From a virus, in the IMG/VR virus record IMGVR_UViG_3300044252_000008, positions 1 to 53,527 of that record: a stretch of DNA of 53,527 nucleotides. One strand, given 5' to 3'. The notes under the pieces are model-generated. The model was not told the DNA's origin. It did not search any database and saw nothing but the letters and a program-made list of their open reading frames with translations. Every line of letters starts with the position of its first letter. Positions within the stretch are counted from its first letter, which is position 1. Position numbers and translations under genes: made by a program. This document shows, in pieces, positions 8,885 to 17,556 of the stretch.

Positions 8885-9393
8885 TTGGTCTGCCACCCCA
8901 CCATGCCACCGGCATCCAAGGGGAAGGCCCAGCTGGCCGCAGGCACACTGACGGCCCCATCCTGTCCGGCACCAGGATCGGGTTCCACTACACCGGCAGC
9001 GCACTCAGCGACAGATGCGACCAGCTGGGGCATGAACGTCTGCCAGAGCGCAGCGTACTGTTCGTACGCGCTGCGGTTGCTGGCCACCTGCTCTGGGAAG
9101 TACGACAACTCCACGAACATGGCGCCCAGCAGGGCCACGGCAGTGGCGGCCTGCGCGCGCACGTCGTCTGCGGTGTCGCACATCAAGTTGTCTAGGCTGC
9201 CTGTCTGCCCGAGCACCATGCTCTGCGTCATCGACAGGATGCGCTCAACTTCCATGTATGTCGGGCGCGTGTCAGCCGTCCACGCACCCACCTCCACGTC
9301 CGAGCCGTCCTGCGTACGCGCACGCAGCAGTGCCGCAATGTCGTCAGGCGTCGCAGGCCAGGTGATCTCGAGCGCAGGGGTGGGCGGTGTCAT
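8878..9393 (-). CDS. Head-tail connector/adaptor protein
   Basis: 171 aa. TAATG junction with the upstream gene. It lies between the capsid genes and the tail-completion genes. Confidence 0.45.
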   Translation of the reverse strand: MTPPTPALEITWPATPDDIAALLRARTQDGSDVEVGAWTADTRPTYMEVERILSMTQSMVLGQTGSLDNLMCDTADDVRAQAATAVALLGAMFVELSYFPEQVASNRSAYEQYAALWQTFMPQLVASVAECAAGVVEPDPGAGQDGAVSVPAASWAFPLDAGGMVGWQTKW

Positions 9394-9836
9394 TACTCCT
9401 CCTCCTCCGCATCTGTGAGGATCTCGTTCAGACCACGGATGACAGCCTTGCGGGGCTGCCCGCCCGTGGCCTCTTGCTCGGCAGCCAGTAGCGCTTCAGC
9501 CTTGACAGGGTCGTCACCAGCAGCATCCACGACTTCAGCTGCGGTGGGCTTGTCATGCTTGATCCACCAGACCATGTTGTCGTGGCTGTTGAAGTCAGGA
9601 CCGCCCGTGGCCGCCTCCTCGGCCACCGGGCTTTCCTGTTCCACCTCGTCTGGCTCAAACGCACCCGCGGCTTCTCCGGGTTCGATGTCTTCGCTCCTCG
9701 GGATCTCCACCGTGTCGCCGTAGAACGCATGGCGGACGGAGAGCACTTCCTCCTCCTCGCCTGTCTTACGGTTCAGGCGGGACTCCCCCGTGGGGACGAA
9801 GAACATGAACTGTGCTGCACGGATGGTCTTGCGCAC
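9393..9836 (-). CDS. Hypothetical head-module protein with an acidic centre
   Basis: 147 aa. It starts 3 nt after the capsid gene stop. No recognisable motif. Confidence 0.55.
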   Translation of the reverse strand: MRKTIRAAQFMFFVPTGESRLNRKTGEEEEVLSVRHAFYGDTVEIPRSEDIEPGEAAGAFEPDEVEQESPVAEEAATGGPDFNSHDNMVWWIKHDKPTAAEVVDAAGDDPVKAEALLAAEQEATGGQPRKAVIRGLNEILTDAEEEE

Positions 9837-9839
9837 TGC

Positions 9840-10802
9840 TCAGCCCGCCAGCCCAGTGAAGCGGAGGATGGCGAACTTATTGTCCACGAACCACAGCGGG
9901 CGGACGCTGGACTGCACCCACGTGCGCTCCGTCTTCTGCTCACGCCACGTCTCGGTGCCCAGCGGCTTCTCGATGCGCATCTGGCCCACCTGCCGCTCCG
10001 CCACGGCCAGCGCGGTGCCTGCCGCCTGCCGCGGGGTGCTGTAGATGGTCGGGATGCCAGGCGCGTTCAGCCCCGGCCCATAGATGGCCGTCAGCTGTAG
10101 CGCCTCTGCGGGGTTGACGATCCACAGGTTGTACGTGACGCCCATCTCCTCCTGCTCCGCCTGCATCTGCGCACGGCCGAAGTCGTACGCTGGCGACAGC
10201 TGCGGGGCACTGGTCTCCGGGTTGTACGTGGACCAGTTGTTCCCGACAACGTTGCGGGAGTTGTCTGCGAGGGCCGCGTTCACCTCAGCCACCGCGCGCT
10301 GGTTCAGCTTGCGCGTGATGGTGTTGGCCAGCTGACGCATCAGCTTGGTGAAGCCCGCGCCGTCGTTGCGGTCGCGAGCCTCATCGGTGACGAATGTCTT
10401 GCCACCCCACTTCTCGACCTCGGCCACCTTGGGCGCCAGCTGCTCAGCCGTGACGAGCGGGAACTCGGAGGCCACGGCCACCTGCTCCACGTCACGGTTC
10501 AGGTACATCTCGTTGGCTTGCGCCTCGTCGTAGACCACAGCCCCGCCCGTGACCCCACCACCGCTGGAGAACAGCCTGTCAGCGATGAAACGTTCGCGGG
10601 TGATATCCATGATCATCCGCGTGACGCGCGTGGGCTGGTTCAGCATGGTCTCGACCGTGATGTTCGGCCCAGAGACAGTCGGCGGCCCCAGCGGGTGGCT
10701 GGTGGGCATGGCATACGCAGTGGCTGCCTTGACGAAGTCTGCGTAGTCCACCCAGTCCTGCGCGCGATCGAACTGCACCGGCTGGAATGTGCTAGTGAGC
10801 AT
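9840..10802 (-). CDS. Major capsid protein
   Basis: 320 aa from ATG 10802, with a strong SD (AAGGAGGTG) just upstream. It follows the protease/scaffold and decoration genes. The longer 381-aa track ORF lacks an SD. Confidence 0.8.
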   Translation of the reverse strand: MLTSTFQPVQFDRAQDWVDYADFVKAATAYAMPTSHPLGPPTVSGPNITVETMLNQPTRVTRMIMDITRERFIADRLFSSGGGVTGGAVVYDEAQANEMYLNRDVEQVAVASEFPLVTAEQLAPKVAEVEKWGGKTFVTDEARDRNDGAGFTKLMRQLANTITRKLNQRAVAEVNAALADNSRNVVGNNWSTYNPETSAPQLSPAYDFGRAQMQAEQEEMGVTYNLWIVNPAEALQLTAIYGPGLNAPGIPTIYSTPRQAAGTALAVAERQVGQMRIEKPLGTETWREQKTERTWVQSSVRPLWFVDNKFAILRFTGLAG

Positions 10803-10818
10803 ATTCTTCACCTCCTTT

Positions 10819-11244
10819 CTAGAACAGTTTGACGACGCAGTCCTCATCGACTGCCGCGTCTGACAGGGCGAGGCCCTTGGCCACGCCGATGGAAGCGGCG
10901 ATAGCGGCCTTGCCGCCTGCGCCTGCGTTGATGAGCGCACCCGCCGTGATGGCCACCCCTGCCGTGACCGGCACGGTGAAGCCACCCGCCAGCACGGCCG
11001 TGGTCTTGCCCACCGCCGCGTCGTGCTCGGCCACGCCCAGCGTCTTGTCGTCAGCGGCAGCTGCCGGGGCGATCAGGATATTGCCGCCCGTGGCGCCAGC
11101 GTCCAGGCCACGGCTGCCAGGGTCCTTCTTGGCAGCCACCGCCACGAACCGCTTGCCCACCACCGCGGAACCGAACGCACGGCCAGTGATGCGGCTGCTC
11201 GGCTCGTAGTACGGCGTGCACAGGTTGGTCGTCTGTGTTCCCAC
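10819..11244 (-). CDS. Head decoration protein (DUF2190-like)
   Basis: 141 aa. Gly/Ala-rich beta pattern ..VVGKRFVAVAA..GVAEHDAAVGKTTAVLAGGFTVPVTAG..GKAAIA.. is typical of DUF2190 decoration proteins. It lies directly upstream of the capsid gene. Confidence 0.7.
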   Translation of the reverse strand: MGTQTTNLCTPYYEPSSRITGRAFGSAVVGKRFVAVAAKKDPGSRGLDAGATGGNILIAPAAAADDKTLGVAEHDAAVGKTTAVLAGGFTVPVTAGVAITAGALINAGAGGKAAIAASIGVAKGLALSDAAVDEDCVVKLF

Positions 11245-11247
11245 TGC

Positions 11248-12786
11248 TCACCCTCCTCTCTGGATCTCCGGCAGCCACTCCGCCGGGTAGGCTTCGATGG
11301 TCGTGTCCTCCAGCGGGCTGCTGTTGCCCACTGCGTCTGACACCGGCACGAGACCGGGCGCCAGGCCACCCTTCTCCACGCTGGCCGTCAGGGTGTGGCG
11401 GGTGCCGTCCTGGTCCTGCTGCCACAGGCGCTCCCAGTGCGCACGGCGGCTGGGCGGCACCTTGCCGTCAGCGATGGCTGCGCTGATGATGCGGCTGCGC
11501 TCTTCCATCTCTTGGTGGGTGCGTGCGATGTCGCCACGCTGGGCGCCGCTCAGCAGGCGGTTGTACGCCTCGCGGTCGAGCCGCACTGTGCCGTCGCTGG
11601 CCAGCACCGGCTCCACCACGCCAGCTTCACTCTCAGGGGCAGGCGCACGCTCCGGCTGCGCCTCGGCCGGATCGGTTGGGCCGCTGGGTGCGGTGTTGTC
11701 CCGCGGGTCGCCCGGCAGTTCCGCGCTCGTGCCCGGCTGCTCGGCAGCCACGGCACGGCCCGTCTCGTCCGTGTCTTCCCGGCCGGGCGGGGCGATGATA
11801 CCAGCAGATGCCAGTGCCGTCCGCACCTCTTCGTCGCTGGCGCCATCCGACAGCCCCAGGGAAGTGCGGAGGGCCACCGGATCCACGTCTGACTGCACTG
11901 TCATGTGGTCCTCCTGTTCAGGGCGACTCTCCGCCCGGTTTGCGTACACCACCAGCGGCCTGCCCTGCGGTGGTGCAGGTGCCACGAATGATGCTGATGC
12001 GGTTGTCTTCTGGTCCTTGGCAGGCTTGTCCTTGTAGACCACCTTGACGGCAGTGGGTTCACCGAACTCCACGCCCTCGCCCTTGGTCTCGAACGGCACC
12101 CGGAACAGGTCGCCGCTCTCCTCGTCCTCAACGATCAGCTCGTTGGGATCCATGAACATGGAACGAATCCACCACCAGAACTGGTCCGGCCCGGCCTGCT
12201 CGTAGTACGAGCGCCGCACCACCTCTGTGTCTACCTGCGCCTGCACCCCGCGGGCAGCGCGGGCCATGGTACCCTCCACCTCCTCCTTGGTTGTAAGAAC
12301 ACGGACGTTACTTGGCCCGCTGGCGCTGTACAGCGCCTCGATGTCTTCCAGGGTGCCGACGCCAGGCCACACCACACCCAGCAGTGCCAGGTCTGTCAGC
12401 ACGAGCCGCCAGTGGTGGCCGGTGTTGGTCTCCACACCCACGGCCGCCTCGATGCTGCGTGCCGGGTACGCGCTGGGCAGCACGTCCGCCAGCCACGTGG
12501 GCACGCCGACATAGTCCCCCACCACAAGATGACCGTCCTGCTCCAGACGCAGGTTCTGCACGGTACCGACCGCGGGCTGGCCGTCTTCCAACAGACCCAG
12601 GTTGGCAGTGTGCCCCAGCTTGAGCCGTGGCACCTTGACAGCTGCATCGCTCTGGCTTTCCACCAGATCCGCAAGGTCGTCAGTGGTGAACGTAGCCGGG
12701 CCAGTGCTGAGCGGGTACTCGATGCCCGTCTGCACGATCTCCACGTCGCGGATGGTGGTGGTGTTAGGTGTGGCGACAGCGGGCAT
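11248..12786 (-). CDS. Prohead protease-scaffold fusion (Mu gpI / S78-like N-terminus)
   Basis: 512 aa. N-terminal PRLKLGHTANLG..PAVGTVQNLRLEQDGHLVVGDY..YPARSIEA resembles prohead protease folds. The C-terminal half is Pro/Glu/Ala-rich and helical, like a scaffold. Confidence 0.6.
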   Translation of the reverse strand: MPAVATPNTTTIRDVEIVQTGIEYPLSTGPATFTTDDLADLVESQSDAAVKVPRLKLGHTANLGLLEDGQPAVGTVQNLRLEQDGHLVVGDYVGVPTWLADVLPSAYPARSIEAAVGVETNTGHHWRLVLTDLALLGVVWPGVGTLEDIEALYSASGPSNVRVLTTKEEVEGTMARAARGVQAQVDTEVVRRSYYEQAGPDQFWWWIRSMFMDPNELIVEDEESGDLFRVPFETKGEGVEFGEPTAVKVVYKDKPAKDQKTTASASFVAPAPPQGRPLVVYANRAESRPEQEDHMTVQSDVDPVALRTSLGLSDGASDEEVRTALASAGIIAPPGREDTDETGRAVAAEQPGTSAELPGDPRDNTAPSGPTDPAEAQPERAPAPESEAGVVEPVLASDGTVRLDREAYNRLLSGAQRGDIARTHQEMEERSRIISAAIADGKVPPSRRAHWERLWQQDQDGTRHTLTASVEKGGLAPGLVPVSDAVGNSSPLEDTTIEAYPAEWLPEIQRGG

Positions 12787-12788
12787 GG

Positions 12789-13145
12789 CTAGCCGTGGGT
12801 GGCGCTCCGCACCTGGCCAGCGATCTGCGCGGCCTTCTCGCGCTCACGCTGCTTCATCTGGTCAGGGGTCTTGGTGAACTTCTGCGGGTCGTACGCACGC
12901 AGCACCTCACCGACCACGACCTTGTCAGTGGTGCGCAGGTTGTTCCCCGAAGTCACCACTGAGAACACGCCACCGGCAGCGTACGTGTGGTTCGTCGGCC
13001 CCGCATGGCCGCCGCTGGCGATGCTGGCCGGTGCGGTGCCGTCACCCCAGTCGATCTTGAACGGCTGGTTCGGCTCACCACCATCCAGCGCAATAACCAC
13101 GCCGATGGCGCGCGTGGCACGGTTGACAGTAATGGTCGTCTTCAT
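12789..13145 (-). CDS. PKD-like domain protein
   Basis: 118 aa. FKIDWGDGTAPA..HTYAAGGVFSVV matches the PKD signature WGDG..H.Y...G.Y.V. TGATG junction with the portal gene. Confidence 0.6.
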   Translation of the reverse strand: MKTTITVNRATRAIGVVIALDGGEPNQPFKIDWGDGTAPASIASGGHAGPTNHTYAAGGVFSVVTSGNNLRTTDKVVVGEVLRAYDPQKFTKTPDQMKQREREKAAQIAGQVRSATHG

Positions 13146-15289
13146 CAGTAGCCCCTTTCACCCTTGTAGACGGCCACCACAGTGCCCCGACAGCGCGGGC
13201 CGCCATCGCACTGCACATAGCCGCCGCCGGAATACCACGTGTTCGCCTGCGTTCGCGTTAGCTGCTGGCCGTCGATGTACGCGCAGGCCGGGCATGTGTT
13301 GATGTCCAGTAGCTCGCTGGCGTACAGATCCAGGCTGCCCGGCTCGTCGTCTTCCACCGCACCGAACACGTCCAGCCGCGTGCGGTTGGTGCTCTCTTGG
13401 ATCATCCCCCTGTTCTGATCCACCGCCCAAGGGTCCTTTCGGCCCATTATCTCATCATGCACCTGTTCCGCCAGCAGCTTGGTGCTGTCGGCCCCAGCTT
13501 GCAAGCGGCTGGTCAGGCGCTCGGCCCCAGCCAGCAGCGTGGCCCGCAGTGCAGTGCCGCTGGCCGCGGCAATGACCAAGGCCTCGTCGAGCGGGCTGGC
13601 GATGAGCAGGCCGGTGATGATGGCTGCCCGCTTGACACCTTGGTTCAACAGTTCCCACTTGACGCGTTCCTTGGCAGTGCGCGATGCATCTTTCACAGCC
13701 TCGCTGCGGGCAGCGTCGCCAGCCTTGCTGAATGCCTTGTCCTTGGCCTCAGCGCTCAGGTTGTAGATGGCAGCCGTGGCAGCAGCTGCCTCCTTGGCAG
13801 CGGCGATATTCTCAGCGATCCAAGCCATCAGATCGCGCTTCTCGTCATCCCATGCCTTCTGTGCCTTATCCTCGGCCGCCTCGTTGTCTTCTTCCATGCC
13901 CTCGAAGTCTGTGCCCGCCCGCACCTCGTGGGCATAGGGCTGCCGGTGCAGCTTGCGTGCAGGCAGCCGCAGGGCCTGCGTAGGGGCTGGGTTGGTGCTG
14001 GGCGTGCTGTGGCCGCCAGGCAGCCCGCCAAGGTCGTCAGCGGCCCGTATGGGCGGCCTGCGGGGTGCGCGCAGGCCAGCCGCCACCTCCTCCGGTAGCT
14101 GAGCGCCACCGAAGTCTTGGGGCGCGGGTGCGCTCTGCGCGTCTGTCACGTAGCCCAGCCGTGGCGTGCGGTCGGTGGTGGGGTCCACGTTCCAATCCCA
14201 CCAGTCCTCGATCACATGCTCGGTGGTAATCCCAACCACCCAGTCGGCAATGTACGTCTGCTGTTCCTGGAACCAATCCACGAACGTCTGGCCCAGCGCC
14301 CGGCTGCCCGTCTCGGTCTGGCCCAGTTGCATGAACATCATGAGCATGGACTTGGCCATCTCTTCGTTCTGGAAGCGGATGGAACCTATCGTGTCCGGGA
14401 TCGAGCCTTCCGTACCCACCAGACGCAGGTGGGTACCAGCAGGCACAGCCCCACCACCGCGCTCGCCAGCCTTATACTCCTGCGCCATCTGGTCGAGTTC
14501 TTGGATGTCGACCTTGGTGGCGCCGGGCGGCGCCTCAACGACGGGCATGCCGACGCCATTTCGTTCATGTTTGATGGCATCGACACGCAGTAGCCTGTCC
14601 TTGATGAGCCAGTTGCGGTACATGGGACGGAAGATGCTACGGCCAACCCAGTTTCCCGGGTCCTGGTCCCATACGTAGGCGACGAGCCTGTCCACAGGAA
14701 TCTCTGGTGGTGGCTGCCCCGCCGATCCATAACCCTGCGTGATGGACACGAGACCACCATCGTCAGCCACCTTGATCTCAGTGATGGTGCGCGGGTGCCG
14801 CGGCCCCAGCTTGCGCAGCCGCCACACCTCCTCGCCGTTCGGGCCGTCCGGGGCGATCTCACCCACCTGCTCGAAGTAGAAGTGGCCGTAGTACAGCGCG
14901 CGCAGCAGCATGGCCAGGTGGTTGTACCAGCTGAAGCGATGGCTGCTGCGCAGGCGGGCACCCTTGCTGCCCTGCTGGAGTGCCGCCCGCGCCTCGTCCT
15001 CACCGACCACTAGGTTCATGTCAGCGGCCAGCAGACCGACGTAGAACGGGTCGCACTCGTTGGGATCGATGTACCACCCGTACCGGCGCAGCGCAGCGGT
15101 GCCGCCCAGGTACAGGCCCTGGCACTGTGCATCGTTGCGCATCTGGTCGAACTGCTGGATGCTGCGCGGCCACTGTAGATCCGGTGACCGCTCAGCCTCG
15201 TCCATGAACTGCGACCACGGCAGCACGCCGTTCCAGCTGAATGGGCTGGCTACTGCGGTGCCGCGCTCGGTGGTCGGTGCATCAGGCAT
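13145..15289 (-). CDS. Portal protein fused to a Mu-F-like minor head protein domain
   Basis: 714 aa. The N-terminal ~430 aa are portal-like (..WPRSIQQFDQMRNDAQCQG..). The C-terminal NTCPACAYIDGQ..YVQCDGGPRCRGTVV matches the Cys-rich end of SPP1 gp7 / Mu F head morphogenesis proteins. Confidence 0.85.
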   Translation of the reverse strand: MPDAPTTERGTAVASPFSWNGVLPWSQFMDEAERSPDLQWPRSIQQFDQMRNDAQCQGLYLGGTAALRRYGWYIDPNECDPFYVGLLAADMNLVVGEDEARAALQQGSKGARLRSSHRFSWYNHLAMLLRALYYGHFYFEQVGEIAPDGPNGEEVWRLRKLGPRHPRTITEIKVADDGGLVSITQGYGSAGQPPPEIPVDRLVAYVWDQDPGNWVGRSIFRPMYRNWLIKDRLLRVDAIKHERNGVGMPVVEAPPGATKVDIQELDQMAQEYKAGERGGGAVPAGTHLRLVGTEGSIPDTIGSIRFQNEEMAKSMLMMFMQLGQTETGSRALGQTFVDWFQEQQTYIADWVVGITTEHVIEDWWDWNVDPTTDRTPRLGYVTDAQSAPAPQDFGGAQLPEEVAAGLRAPRRPPIRAADDLGGLPGGHSTPSTNPAPTQALRLPARKLHRQPYAHEVRAGTDFEGMEEDNEAAEDKAQKAWDDEKRDLMAWIAENIAAAKEAAAATAAIYNLSAEAKDKAFSKAGDAARSEAVKDASRTAKERVKWELLNQGVKRAAIITGLLIASPLDEALVIAAASGTALRATLLAGAERLTSRLQAGADSTKLLAEQVHDEIMGRKDPWAVDQNRGMIQESTNRTRLDVFGAVEDDEPGSLDLYASELLDINTCPACAYIDGQQLTRTQANTWYSGGGYVQCDGGPRCRGTVVAVYKGERGY

Positions 15290-15292
15290 GAT

Positions 15293-15550
15293 CTACTTCT
15301 TGTCGCCCTGCTGTTGCGGCTGGCGCACAGGGCCACCCTTCTCCTGCGTGGTGGGCGCCTGGCCTTCCTGCTGCTCCTCCGCCAGCTGGTCGGTACCAGC
15401 CAGGCCGCCTTCGGCCTCCTCGGGGGTGCTCAGCTTGCGCTCCTGCTCCACGCGGTCGCGCTCCGGTGACTGCTGGCTGGGATGATCCGGGTCCACTTGG
15501 GTGGGGTCGTTCTCATCCAGCTGCTCCGGGTTGTTCTTCTGTTCACTCAT
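15293..15550 (-). CDS. Acidic Glu/Gln/Pro-rich, probably disordered protein
   Basis: 85 aa. AGGAAG lies upstream of ATG 15550. No hydrophobic core. Its stop is 3 nt before the portal ATG. Confidence 0.6.
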   Translation of the reverse strand: MSEQKNNPEQLDENDPTQVDPDHPSQQSPERDRVEQERKLSTPEEAEGGLAGTDQLAEEQQEGQAPTTQEKGGPVRQPQQQGDKK

Positions 15551-15568
15551 CGCTTCCTACCTTTCTTT

Positions 15569-15721
15569 TCAGGGTCCTCCGCGCCCACGCCAGCTGCTGT
15601 ACCCATACGGTGCAGCTGGCACGAACAGCAGGACGATACCGACGATTACGAGTACGATGCCGATCCACCAACTCAGCAGCAGCGCCACCACCAGCCCGAT
15701 GACAATGAGGGCCAGGCCCAT
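15569..15721 (-). CDS. Small two-helix membrane protein
   Basis: 50-aa ORF below the track cut-off, read by hand: MGLALIVIGLVVALLLSWWIGIVLVIVGIVLLFVPAAPYGYSSWRGRGGP. Its ATG is 3 nt after the upstream stop. Confidence 0.5.
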   Translation of the reverse strand: MGLALIVIGLVVALLLSWWIGIVLVIVGIVLLFVPAAPYGYSSWRGRGGP

Positions 15722-15724
15722 GGC

Positions 15725-16030
15725 TCAGCCCCGCCGCTGGCCCTTGCTGGCCGGTGGGGTCTCTTCGCCGCTGTCGTCGTACTGACTATCCGGCAGCTGG
15801 TCAGGCGGGTGCGGCTGCTCCTCCTGCTCTGCGTCGTCGATGGTGTCGTCTTCCTCCGCTTCCTCTTCGTCGAGAAAGTCCACGTCGGCCTCGCCGTCCT
15901 TCTCCAACTGGTCGGCCTCCTCCTGCCCCACCTGCTCGCCCTCCTCGGGCAGTTGCTCCTCGGGGCCGGGCTTGTCCGGCAGTTGGCTCTCGTCAGGCTC
16001 GTTGAGGGTGGCGTCTGGTTCTTGTCCCAT
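15725..16030 (-). CDS. Hyper-acidic protein
   Basis: 101 aa from ATG 16030 (SD AAGGGAG 6 nt upstream; alternative ATG at 16036). Hand count gives 38 Asp/Glu against 5 Lys/Arg. Confidence 0.65.
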   Translation of the reverse strand: MGQEPDATLNEPDESQLPDKPGPEEQLPEEGEQVGQEEADQLEKDGEADVDFLDEEEAEEDDTIDDAEQEEQPHPPDQLPDSQYDDSGEETPPASKGQRRG

Positions 16031-16032
16031 GT

Positions 16033-16683
16033 TCATCTCCCTTGTGAGTGGTACGCATGCGGTGCACGCCATGCGCGTCGTGTGGTAAGGGGTCCGGGGC
16101 TGTTCATGCTGTTGCCCCACTTGCCGGTGAACTTGTGCCAGTCACCGAACCCCAGCACGCGCGGGTGCAGCCGCTCGCCCTCCCCATCAGCAGTGTCGGT
16201 AACATCCTTCTCCGGCGCAAAGTAGTTGGCGTGGCTGTCGCGGGCCACGTACACCAGTGGCGAGCCGTCGTCGTCAAGGGTAACCCGCCACCATTCGCGG
16301 CGCTCGCAGCCGCCGTGCTGGCTGTAGCTGGCCAGGTGTGGGCGCGTCCCGGCCTTGTCGGAGCAACCCAGCTGTACCATCTCCCAGTCGCCCTCGTGCT
16401 CACCCCAGCCCTTGCCCGGCCCGTAGTTCTTGGGGTTGTAGGGCCACCAACTCCAGAACTGCTGCCAGAACAGCCCGCCTGCTTCAACCACCCGGTGGTA
16501 CCACACGAGTGAGAGCGTCTTGTCGGGCTCCAGCTTGGGCGGGAGGTCCAGCTTGGAAACTGCCTTGCCCTTACGGGTCCAGCTGTCTCCCTTCCAGGTA
16601 TACCCATGCTTGCCCATGGACTCATCAACACTGGCAGGACGCCACTGTTCGCGTGAGTCCAGGGCAAGCACAGGTGTCACCAT
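16033..16683 (-). CDS. Vps62/DUF946-like protein
   Basis: 216 aa. TAATG junction. GWGEHEGDWEMVQL resembles the HxGDWE core of Vps62-type proteins. Trp-rich. Confidence 0.55.
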   Translation of the reverse strand: MVTPVLALDSREQWRPASVDESMGKHGYTWKGDSWTRKGKAVSKLDLPPKLEPDKTLSLVWYHRVVEAGGLFWQQFWSWWPYNPKNYGPGKGWGEHEGDWEMVQLGCSDKAGTRPHLASYSQHGGCERREWWRVTLDDDGSPLVYVARDSHANYFAPEKDVTDTADGEGERLHPRVLGFGDWHKFTGKWGNSMNSPGPLTTRRAWRAPHAYHSQGR

Positions 16684-17492
16684 TAGAACTGCACCATATT
16701 CCTGGTGATGCGGCGCGAACTGGTGACGTACCAGATGCGCACCGTGGGCCGCACACTCGGGTTCGAGCGACGACCGATGATGATGTGACGGCCGCAGCGG
16801 ATCCCGCGCATGTTCACGAGAACGTAGCGGATGCCCTCCGGGCTGGTACGCACACGCGTCCAGCGGCCGGGGCCACCATCCACCCGCACACGGATGTGGC
16901 CGAAGCGGCCCAGCCTACGCGGCAGGTTCATGTGCGCGATGCGCGTGCTACGGCACGGCCGGGTGGCGCCCGTTCCCGTGTCGGTGTTGCCACCGGGCAG
17001 GGTGGTGTCATTGTCGCCGTTGTCAGGCGCCTCGATGGTGATGTTATTGTCGATGATGATCGACGACCCATCAACACCGGGGAACACGTCGTCCGACGTG
17101 CCCGGCAGGCCGTCCTGCCCAGGCTCACCTGGCACGCCAGGCAGGCCCGGCTCACCGGGCGAACCAGGCGGCCCCGGCAGGCCGGGCAGGCCAGGCTGTC
17201 CGTTGCACACGAAGAACACGTCCGGCTCGTCGTGCCCTTCTTCGGTCTTGCCCTTCGGCGGATGCGTGACAGTTACCTTGATACCAGCGGCAGGGCAGTT
17301 CGTACCTTCAGGCTCCACTGCCACTGTAATGGTGTCACCCTTGTCCCGGTCACAGCGGTCCTTCGGGATCTGGAAGCCCCAGCAGTAATGGTGTTGGTCC
17401 GGCTCGCCGCCAGGCTTGTCGTCACCCGCCAGGGCCACACCAGCTGGCACCAGCAGGAACGAGATTGCGGCTGTGGTTAGTAATCTCTTCAT
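16683..17492 (-). CDS. Secreted protein with a short collagen-like segment
   Basis: 269 aa from ATG 17492. Signal peptide MKRLLTTAAISFLLVPAGVALAGDD. 11 G-X-Y triplets (GQPGLPGLPGPPGSPGEPGLPGVPGEPGQDGLPG). Arg-rich C-terminal domain. The SD is weak. Confidence 0.6.
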   Translation of the reverse strand: MKRLLTTAAISFLLVPAGVALAGDDKPGGEPDQHHYCWGFQIPKDRCDRDKGDTITVAVEPEGTNCPAAGIKVTVTHPPKGKTEEGHDEPDVFFVCNGQPGLPGLPGPPGSPGEPGLPGVPGEPGQDGLPGTSDDVFPGVDGSSIIIDNNITIEAPDNGDNDTTLPGGNTDTGTGATRPCRSTRIAHMNLPRRLGRFGHIRVRVDGGPGRWTRVRTSPEGIRYVLVNMRGIRCGRHIIIGRRSNPSVRPTVRIWYVTSSRRITRNMVQF

Positions 17493-17511
17493 CAGTGTGT
17501 GAGAGGACGCT

Positions 17512-17542
17512 GGGCGGGCAACGATGAGGACGCCACCCGCCC
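17512..17542 (-). terminator. GC hairpin GGGCGGG-17 nt-CCCGCCC between the two secreted-protein genes
   Basis: Arms at 17512-17518 and 17536-17542. The same arm sequences recur at 42009-42038. Confidence 0.35.
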
Positions 17543-17556
17543 AAGACCTTGCTTGC

